From Klebsormidium nitens (taxonomy: Eukaryota > Plantae > Klebsormidiophyceae): a stretch of 64,000 bases of DNA. The stretch covers positions 109,382 through 173,381 of the forward strand of contig DF237099.1 in assembly GCA_000708835.1 (NCBI GenBank), read 5' to 3'. Both the position numbers and the translations under genes were made by a program. Below, in pieces: positions 44,780 through 55,193 of the stretch. How positions within the stretch are numbered: position 1 is the stretch's first letter; the number at the start of each line of letters is the position of its first letter. Below the pieces are notes generated by a model that was not told the origin of the DNA, searched no databases, and was given only the letters and a program-made list of their open reading frames with translations.

Positions 44780-45745
44780 ACGGAGCCGTCCAAAACGTAC
44801 TTCGGGTCAAGTCGACAATAACTCCTGAGGTCCACACACAAGGAGATTGTGTGACGTTTCCTCAAAAGCTGAAAGAGTGGCGTCCAGCTTAGTCGGCTCT
44901 AACAGAAGCCTTAAGCGACAGGCTTGCGTCCAGAGCGCTAATCTTCAAGCAGCACTTTATGGTGCCCGGACATGCCTTAGCTCAAAAGACTCTTGCTCTT
45001 AAGCCCGGGCAAGTCCTTCTGCAATGACCCCGGTCACTATATCCGAGGCCTGCAAGTAGATAACAGCGCGCTTGAAGAGAAATCAGCAAGCTGCTAAGAT
45101 CGGCTGGTACCTAAGGTTGATGGCCCATGCTCTAGTGACATCGTTGTATGCGAGGCCTAAGACGCTCGGCCCCCAGCATCTATGGATGTATCCCCGCTAG
45201 GTCAGTAATCATATAGCATCTGGCCTTTTCCAAAGCCGGTGCTTCTACATCATATCATGACCGTCATGTACCGCTATGCACTTAGAACCATCATACAAAT
45301 TGCGTATTCTTCACTCAGACTCTGTGGCCGGCGTATTGGCAGCCCGACTTACAGTGACTGCTCGATGCTAATGCACATCTTCCACGCAGTCGTGAAATTT
45401 GGTTCTCGGGCCCCGTCATCTCAGCGAGATCACATGGGAATCTTTCTGCTCGACTTCGAAATCCGAAGTATCTCACCAGCTAACCCGCCGTAGACCTAGC
45501 ACGCTGCTTTGATGCCCGGCGGGCGGCTTGCTACCATGATCCATCATTGAATGATTCCGTACCGTCGGATTTCCTATGGATACTTCTCTTAAAGCCCGTG
45601 CGTATCAAAGGCATGGGGCGTATCAGTATATCGAGAATGTGTCCAGGACGTACGGCCTAAAACGCCTTGCCGGCTGCCCAGGGGGGCCCCGGCGCGACCG
45701 TTCGCATTCCCCCAGCAAGTACTGCCCCTAGAGTTGTTGCATGTC

Positions 45746-45922
45746 TCTTCAATTTAGCAATAGTAAGCCATAGGAATAGTAAGCTCCGACACTAACACTA
45801 AAAACCTAACCTACAAAAACACCCGCTCCGCACCTGAACCCACCCTAACCCCCAAACTAACCCTACCCGTCCCAGGCTGGTGAGCTTACTATTGCTACAG
45901 CTTAATATTGCTAAATTGAAGA
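45746..45922. mobile_element. MITE-like element, copy 1 (telomere-like C/A-rich core, 23-bp TIR)
   Basis: TCTTCAATTTAGCAATAGTAAGC ... GCTTAATATTGCTAAATTGAAGA (22/23 inverted repeat). The core matches 56550-56733. Confidence 0.8.
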
Positions 45923-46535
45923 TTCTTATTTGCAATCAGGTCCCAGGACAGGTTCCATCCGCCCGGAAGGTCAGGCCAGCTTTAATCGAGGAACGAACTT
46001 CGGAAGCTGGCCCGAACAGTTCCTCATCGGGGGACCGAAGCTGTGACTACCTGCGATAGTTGACGAAGCACTGGCAGATTGAGGCTTAAGATCAACAGCG
46101 AGCTGGTGTTGATCAGGATACTTACCCGCCTGAATCAGAAAGTAACTTCTTAGGTGCCAGTGCCAGATTACAGCGAGTCGGCAGCAGACCAAGTAGGTAG
46201 AACGTCCCAGATTTACCACTCCCAGATCTACCACCTCAAAGTCCGAGACCATGAAAAGATCACCCTAAACAGCGGATTTTTGCAGAGCGATCTAGCCGAA
46301 CCTCTCAGATCCCTCTCGCTCCAGTACTTGGACCACATGAGGCGAGCCAGCTTCTCTGGAAGAGTCTGTTCCAAAGCCCCCCCATTCTTAGATTCCCTTG
46401 CCTAAGAGACGACGCTCGCAGCAGTGAACTAAGAACGATTCAAGTACATACATCATCCAGCGCTTCGGAATTATTTGGAGGAGAAGACTTCTTTTCGAGG
46501 GGTGTCTGCAGTGCATCTCCGTCGCTTTGAAGGCC

Positions 46536-49500
46536 ATGGATCCGATCGAGAAGCCTGATGGCACCACATCTGTAAGACCAATGGCGCCCTCAACTATTGA
46601 GGATGAGACAATAGAAAGGACGCGCGAGTCGCTGGTTATGGTGCAGACTGAGGACCCGAGTCCAACAAGGCTTGAAGTCGATGCCACCGGCCTACTTACC
46701 ATCACGGGTAACCCCTGCTACTCAGGAACCCAATTTTGCTATTTAGGGGTTGAGTAGCCTAAATTCGTTTCAGTAATATAGGCGGCCATGCTAGCTAGTC
46801 TGTCATCGCCTGTGGTGCTTGGTAAACAACGTTCCGGAGCCTCTGTGAAGAACATGTTAAAAACATTGAAGAAAGCCTTTGAAGGGGAAGTATGTATAGA
46901 GTGGCTTCTGGAAAAGTTCGGTCTCATCGTTGTTGAACTGATGCAACATGCCACCCAAAATCATACCTGCAATGCACAATGTTTACCTAACAGTCTTGAA
47001 AAGCTCAAGACTTTATGCGCCTGTCACATGCAGTATTGAAGGCGTCCTGTGATATTCCTGCTTGGCGAAGCGGGTCGACTCAGCCGAACCTTAAGCCGGT
47101 TGCGTGGAATAACTTGGGTGTGCTTGCTTCGTGCAGAGGTGAGGAAGACAATGACTCTCGTTGGTGTCAGTGGCATATTATACAGGGAGTTAGAGCTTGA
47201 TAAGAAATATATGCTGAATTTAGTCAGACTCCCAAAACCTGGACCTGTCGTTCTAGTCCTGTGCATGTATTGGTAAGGTCACCTTCTAGGACAAGCACAA
47301 TCCACAGTTGATTGCTGAAGCGAGACGTTAGCTGATGAGCGTGATGCGATGTTTGCAGTCATTACCAATGGCGTTCGCAAGCAGAGAGGGGAAACAAAAC
47401 CAAAGCCAGTCCAAGGGCAAGAAGTAGAGTGGAATCAAGCACTCACAGTGTGAGTTTGTCTCTATGTGCTGCAAAGTCGTTGTGGTGTGTAGGAAAGGTA
47501 ACATGCTGCATGAGTCTTCCTGTCGCTTCCTTTTGAGTGCCGTATACTACACGGTCGGATAAGAGTCTGGGATATATTTTGACAGCCAGATGATGGGAGC
47601 TGTTTTTTAAGCAGAAAAGCTGGATTACTTGACTCACAAGTTATTGACAACTCTCCACCTAAGCCACCAGACGACGATCGAAGTTTCCAGCGTCATTTCG
47701 CTTAAATGTGGTAGACGTTCTTTCGAGGTTGCAGACGAAAGACGAATTTGCCTGATCGGCAAATCTTTCTTCTTTAAACAGGCCTTTGTACAAAGGGGCA
47801 ACACGACTTTCTCTGAAACTTTGTACGATGGATAACAAGCTAGGGCCATACCGAGTGTTCGCTAGTGCAGGTGAGCGAAGCAATGCATGAGAACGTCTTC
47901 ATGCGGACAACCTCACCTCAAAACCATCCCGCTTTTTTGCATCATTCCCACCTTGCATACTGAATTGGGTGGTCATTATCTTCAATCCAAGACCTCGTTT
48001 TTCAATGACTAATTCGTATTGATGTATCTGTAGCCCTTTCGCTCGTCGACATCATGGCACACAAAGAGGCAATCCAAGGCAGCTTTGAAATTTACAATGA
48101 GGTAAGCCCTGTCCGACCTACAGTACGGCTCGGGATGAGACAAGCAAGCCTGAAGGAATGTCCACACGATTCAGATTGTTTTGCTCCGGAAATGCTTCGA
48201 TTAAGGTTCTGTGGGTGCGAAAACAGAGCTAAGTACAGCCGGTCGTGCGCTTTAAAGCTCGAGCGATACAGTTTATCACTCTTCTTAGATAATCCTTGGC
48301 CTTTGACTTGTAGCTTGCTGCCAACAACGGGTGCATCGACCTCAGGTTCTCGTACACGCCCATCCTAAACAGCCCTACACCCATGAAGAGCGCAAGTGCA
48401 CAACCGAAGACCGGGAGCAAAGGCAAGGCCACTGATCCACGCGAATCCACTCCTGTGTATCTCGACCCACACGGAAACTGATTGAAGCTGTCTCCACGAG
48501 AGCATGGATAGTCTAGAGAATTGACAACCTTGTGACATCAGCCGCAGTTTCATGACTCATGGCGTTGCAAAGACCGTCTCTGTGGACTTGCGAATGTGAT
48601 AGTCTGGCAACTTCTGTCTTTACTAGAAAGTCAGTCGCTGGACCTTCTGTAGGCGTTGAGCTCAATGCACATGTCCCCTGGATTGACATCCCGCTCCTTA
48701 GCGTCTATTTCTTTGTTATGCAGCCGTTCGGCGCATCTCGGGAGCTAGCATGTTCTCCATGTTCTCGATACCCGGGAACGGAGCTGTCCGCAAGGGGCTC
48801 GCCGTCCAGCAGAGCTTCTTAGAGGACCTCTCCGCACCTGTGCCGATCAACCGCAAGGCCAGGCCTTCTTTTGAATCAGTAGCCTGGTCCGAGGCCTGGA
48901 ATGCTGACGCAACAATGACGTATGATGACATCGAACGGGAAGAAGACCTCGAAGCAGCGGAACGGGCGCTGGAAGACCAAGACAACTCGGAGCGCAGTGC
49001 GTCGGAGATCGACTGGCCGCTCTGGGTGCGGAATGCGCTGCACGAGCCCGACGCGCCGAAGGTGCGCGAGCCGAATACGCCGGTGGTGCGCGAGCATGAA
49101 GTCAGCGGGCAGCGTCAGCCGATCGTACAGTCTGCGTACGAGCCCGAGAGGACTGTCAAGGAGGAACGCCCCTTGGAGCGTACTGCAGCCGTCGAGAAGG
49201 GGAGCACGGAGGAAGCGCACGAGACCGTGCCTGAAAAGGTGGGCTGACTGGGCAGGTGCCTTTTTAAGCGTGTTTTACTTGCGAGGTCGCAAGGAAATGA
49301 TCGCTTTTCTGGGTCTTTGGTACAATTCGTGTCTTGGGCGCGCGTTCGGGAACGAATCAGAGATTTTAGGCAAAAAGAGGGCTCAACCATCCTCGCCAAA
49401 CCTGTCGGCGTATCCATTTTTCAAAGGAGAACTCTATATAGGATCATTGAAATGGAATAAACGCAGTTCGCTCTGTGGAAGGCCGACCGCGATCTTAATC

Positions 49501-49706
49501 GTCGCTTTTCGATTGACAAAGCCAAGTGAAAGTAGCTACTCCGCTTATTGCAGGCACAGTCTCAGGTCCCGCTTCTGGCAATCGCTGCGAGCGTCGGGAC
49601 GTGTGTGGCCGCCATTGCTGTGCGGTACCTGACAGCTGCGTCGCCGGCAAAGTGCCTTGAGCTCAAGAGGGAGGGCAAGGTGTGCAGGCGCGGAATATTC
49701 TCGTGA
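46536..49706 (+). CDS. C2-domain protein with acidic linker and C-terminal transmembrane anchor
   Basis: Exons join in phase to give ...GETKPKPVQGQEVEWNQALTVPLYKGATRLSLKLCTMD...LSLVDIM...GCIDLRFSYTP, a C2 beta-sandwich pattern. An acidic exon ends at ~49240. The last exon 49554-49706 carries the hydrophobic VPLLAIAASVGTCVAAIAVRYL followed by a short basic tail. Confidence 0.65.
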
Positions 49707-50954
49707 ATTTCTTCGGGTCCGGGAGGCTGGATAAGAATAGGATAGAAACTTGAGCTTCAGCCTAGACAGGAGGACAGGTTATCGTTCGATCAGGCTGTAG
49801 GGTACTTTGTAGAGGCTAGGGACAGTAGGGACATAAACCAGGACGAAAAAGTACTGAGACTAAGTGGCTTTCGGCCTTAATTGTTAAACCTTGAGCTCCG
49901 AGCGTCCTTTCTGATCATGGGCCTCGAACGGTGGCCCAGACTTGCAACCCACGCACCGTGAATCCTACGAGGTTGGATGAAACACAAGGTATAACTGATG
50001 AGAGCCACTCGGTGTTAGGCGCACCTATAGATTGATCTCGACGCATGTGCTCATTCTCCGGGCACCAGGTACGTGCAAATGTCGATGCTTTACATGAACG
50101 GTGGATATATGTCTTTGAAATACTTGAATCGAAAACCGTCTGTAGATGTTGATTTGGTAAATCCCTGGATGTGGACGCTGCCCGCGGCCGCGGGCGCCGC
50201 TTGCATGTCAGTTGTATCGCATGCGCTGTTAAGTGTGTACGTACTAGTGCCATACGTAGAATTATGCTGGCTAGCTCAAAAGAAAGCACATATTCCTAGA
50301 CGTACTCTGTATGCACACAACCATGATGCTTGCGAGCTTTATAGCGTAACATCATGCTCACATGGGATCATGCGCTTGCCAAATGTGTACTAAGCACGAC
50401 GGTGGACTCACTGCACCACATAAGATTCCATCCGTCACGTGCTCTGGAAGTCAGATTGTTCGTGGATTGCTAGTGCGACCCCCACAGCTACACTGCGGCG
50501 CAGAGCTCTGAATCCAAGGTGATGAAGATCACGTGCAGCTAGTGAAGTGACCGCTACGTTTTCAGAGCTTAGGTTGAGTGACTGACAGGAACAGTTATAG
50601 ACCAAAAACCCATGACAACCCTTGGAAACCAGAAACCTGAAGTTGGCTCACTGTATATGTACGTCAATTAGGACTGAGAGAACCGGGCCGGGCTGTCTGT
50701 ACAACGTATGTAGCGAGAGGCGCTACTCCTACTTGAAGCTCTCACCGTGCTATAGCGCGAATCCAGACCGTAATATGAACGGACTGCCTTGCACTGCACT
50801 CGTAAAGCACAACCTGAACGAGGAGCACATGACATGGCGCTTGCCGTGACAATCGTTTTGACTGCATAAAGTGGCATGCTGATAGTTTGCAAGTACGTCG
50901 CATACTCCAACAAGAATATACTTTGGGCACACCTTCTCAACAGCATGCTTCCGT

Positions 50955-52340
50955 TCAACTCAGATGGTCCCTGCATGAAGACAAAGCAAAGTGTCCTGTC
51001 AACTTCGACACCGTACTCTCGAAAGCAGGTCCAACCCTAATCGTGCGCCTCCAGTACGAAGTGGTCACAAGCCTTGAAGGTTTTTCCGACTTAAAGATAT
51101 GCAGTCAGCGAAGCACTTCAAGTATATTGAACTAGCATCAGCACGTCTTAACATTTACACACAGTCACCTGGTAACTCAAGCTGAAGATGGATAATGATC
51201 GGTCACCTGAGCGTTCGCTGTGTTCCCTTTCGGACGCTGCACAGTATGGTGGGCTTGCCGAGAAGAAGATGCGCCTCGAACCGATGGCAACCCGAGAAGC
51301 CTGTAAGCAGCAGTTGCAGACCGCTTGAGACAAGCAGACCTAGCAAGGCCAACAGCACGCACTGGCAAGCAAAATGAACATGGTAATGATCCGCAGGAAG
51401 AGAAAAGAGAATTTGTTATCCCTGCTTCTGATACACTGATGTCTTCGAACCCAACTGCTTCGTATTGACAGTTGAAGAAGTCCAAGCCAGTTGGCGAAGG
51501 TATGCAGAAAGCGCGGACCGTCCTTCCAGAAGTATGGCTACTCTGAGACGTCTGAGTTCAACGATTGAGTATAAAAGGGCTGAGCGCTTACCATAGTACT
51601 GCCCGTCTACTTCGATCACGTCTATCTGCGAAGAAGACCCCACAGTCAGCATCAAACCAAATTGCAAGACATTGTGAGAGCCCTGTAGGATACTCCAGGG
51701 ATGTGCGAGCGTTACAAAGACAGGACGGACGAGATGTATACAGTCTTCCTATGGTAGCTCTGGTCTTCCAAATAGTAAGCAACAGCGCTTTTAGAAAAAA
51801 AATAGAACTTCGAAACTCCTCCAGAAACTCCGTTGCGCGCTTTCAGCATCTCAACCTCCGCAGAACCCACGGCTTACTTAAGAAACTGGCACGGAAACGA
51901 AGGCTGCAAATTTGAGACAGGAAGCCCCTACTGTTGCAGGCCTGCCTAACGAAGCACTGAAACGTAGCTCAACCCAGTCGGTTTTTGGTGACGTCCTTCT
52001 GAGAAGCGAAGCAGGAGCTTCGAGAGCCAAATCAAGCCATGAAATCAGAACGATTTGACCAACTTTCAGATTGACTAGTGCTTGCATTCCAAAACCACCT
52101 AAAGATGACAGGTCTGGATCATTACCCGCAAAAAGAACTAGGTCCTCATGTCCCTTAACGATCTAGATGCGCTGTGCAATCGGCAGACCGTAGCTAGCTC
52201 ACCGGTTCCTGGAGGCCAATCTCCGCAATGCTGTCCGCTAACCCTTGAACTTTTTCTTGGTCATATTTTCGGGTCTTCTGAAGCGGCCGGATGATGTATT
52301 CAATTGGCAACTCCATGATCTCAATTCGTAATCCTGACAT
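50955..52340 (-). CDS. SRX: Sulfiredoxin
   Basis: Phase-consistent exons: 52340-52203, 51625-51592, 51300-51207, 50970-50955. Sequence ELPIEYIIRPL...DSIAEIGLQEPIDVIEVDGQYYGFSGCHRFEAH...RKGTQRTLRDHLS* contains the catalytic FSGCHR. The N-terminus is uncertain. Confidence 0.92.
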
Positions 52341-55193
52341 TAGAAACCAAGCATGGGCTTCAGGCGAGTGCCTGTCGGTTGCGGTCTCGGAGATCTAAAC
52401 TTGAGGCTGCTGAAAAGGAGTCACGTCGGTGGACTGGCTGACTTTCAGGAAGCAGCCTTCACATGGTGGCGGCCACCGGGCCGCCTCGCAAAGTAGGAGC
52501 CAATCATCTCATTTTCGTTAAACAGAGATTCTGCCCCGCAAAAGTCCGGCAGATTGTCAGAAAAACGGAGCCGGAATGACATAGACGCGACGGCATGCGG
52601 ACAAAAGCAGATAGCGGAGATCACACGCTAGCAGACTTTGGGGCTGCGCAACGGCGTAGGAGCCAAACAACAGTGGCCGGAACTGGAACAACAGAAGCTA
52701 CGACGGCCGTAACCCACAGGCACCAGCACCCACAGAACTAACCACCAATTTCAACGAAGGTAAGAGTGCATTGCTTCCAAGCCCCTCACTTTTCAAGTGG
52801 CAATATTGACTGTGGCCTTTACCCCCAGCTTTTGCTCAACAAGAGCAAAACTGTGTTATAAGGGCTTGTCATTTTTCCAGAGAAAGGGTAGGATTGTGCC
52901 CACTTCTTCAAAGCTCTCTTCAGACAACAATTCTGAACTGGAAGTTACTTCGATCACTTTCCGCCATTGATTCTGAATGTCATTCGAATTTTGAGTGGGC
53001 CCCAAACTGATTTCAAAGGTGCTAAACACTCTTCTCAAGCCACTAGGTCTGATCCTAACTCGTGACCTCACCAGGATGCAACGTTAGAAACAAGGCGCAT
53101 CCCATATGCTGTAGTACTCAAGCAGTGGTTGCAGATATAGAAGTCAAAAAAGTGATGCAGCGGAACGCTACCACTTGACTAGCAGAAGTCAGGCAGCTTC
53201 AGAAGCTGACAGAGAGGCCCTACGTGGTATCCGCTTGTATCGTACTGACGAAGGAGCTCCGTCGGCCTCTCCATCTGCAGCACAGGTGACGACACTAACT
53301 CTGGCCTTCTGGAAACACACCACGCTAAAATTCTCACTCCAACTTGAACGAGATCTGATCCAGTTTAGGTGGTGGTATAGTGGATACTGCTTGTGTGCAG
53401 AGCTTGGAGATAGGGAGCAGAATCCTGTGTGCTGTATGCATGTACTGCTGCGACAGCCAATCTCTGTTTGGGGGTGGGGATTGCCATAAGTAATCAGCTG
53501 AGTTTCCACTCTCTTAGTACCATATCCGCAAGGCATTGATTGAGTCCCCATCAATCTGCCACTTATAGCGCTCAGCCCTAATTCTGTTCTTGCGCAATGC
53601 TAACAACTTGACTATTGTTCTGTCCAGCGTTTACCGCTTTGTAGAATTATTGAAGCATACTACAAGCCCGCATCCAATGTCACCCGAGCTTCGCTGTTCT
53701 TACTGCTTTCAAGCAATCCAGTTTCTGCTGCGTCCCGCAACTCTCATCAGTTTAGACCATCACGATCTCTGGTTCAATTGCTGGAATGAAATGCTGCCCT
53801 CTGCAAGCTCTGGTCATACGGTACACGATCCTGAAGTTGAGCACGCTTCTGCGCAAGATTTTTGCGGCCACCATTTCTGGAGCTCATGGCGCTAAGAACT
53901 AGCTGTGGCCACGATCTGAGACCGAAGGTAAGTTGGTTGGCCAGGAGGAATGACAGCTAAATTGGACGGTTCGATTTGGCGCAACAAATTCGACAAAGTT
54001 ATATACAGTTACCTTGACCGTGAGATAAGGAGTGGTTCAATTGATCGGACGGTGTGATCAGTACTTCGGTAGGCAGGCTTACATACATAACCCAACGTGC
54101 GTGCAAACCGTTTTGAGGGTTTGGGTCATACATGGTTTTGAGTCGGGGACTTCAATCCTTCAACTTCAAGTACCTATCCTAAGATACAGTAGACAGAGCA
54201 GATCACAGAGGACCGAGTACTGATATGGATGGCCACTGTGCATCTAAATCTGTTGATCTTCAGCAAAGGTCCTGTAGGTTTGCGTCGCTAGGTACATATT
54301 AGGTAGCCAAACAAATGTACCTAGGTATGCTAAATTTGCAGATATATAGTTAGGTGTAAAGTTCATGGAAGTATTAAGGCGAACAGACGGAAAAGCTGCA
54401 AGAGATCCTCCCACGATGCAGCATATGTCCGCCAGGTTGCTGCTGATTGATCGGAGATCTTAGCAATCTGTACGCATAAGTAAAATGGAGCGCATGTTGA
54501 GGGTGTCAGAGTCACCCTTTCTGGACCTCACTTACTTATAGGGTAACAACAGCTAAGTTCACGATGTCAGGGACTCAATGTCAGAGCCCGTCCCTGGAAT
54601 GATCCATCATCCACTAGCTACCTGCTTAGCTAGAGCGAGGACTGTGATCGCAGATATATTGCCTGGTTTGCTAATTGCTCCCATTTTACCTACATGCAGA
54701 GCTGGTTTCGGACTTTAGGAAGTCTCGGTTCAGCCATAGATCCAATCAACCTGAACTCTACTTAGATCTTTCAATCCTTCTCAGTACAGACGACCAGCAG
54801 ACCATTTTCTGTCGAAAGAAAGGGTTCCTTAGTCCCAGCTGCATAGGCGCGAGCTGGGTAGAACGCCGTTCTGCGCATCCTGTTGAAGCTACTCTAAGGT
54901 TCCCTTGCAGTGCCTCGTACAGCAGTGAAGTTTAGCATTTCTCTTCGATGAAGAGCGGAAAGTACGACCCTAAAGGTGCCCAACCAGTAGCCTCAGAAGC
55001 CCCAATTTATTTATGGTAGATATGGCAGACAAGGACAGGCATGATGCACAACGTTGCATTGTAGGCAGTGTTTTTTAGCGAAGAAAGTACTGTGCAGAAG
55101 CTTGCAACGACAAAGATTGTATCAGACAGATTACCATAGAAAGAGACGAATTACCAAAAAAGAGAGCGCGCTACTTACTTTCAACAGGCAGCC

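Noticed and set aside
50200-50213. Perfect 14-bp palindrome CCCGCGGCCGCGGG
   Set aside because: Isolated, GC-only and without supporting context.
54288-54324. 10-bp inverted repeat CTAGGTACAT/ATGTACCTAG
   Set aside because: A single short hairpin; expected occasionally by chance in 64 kb.
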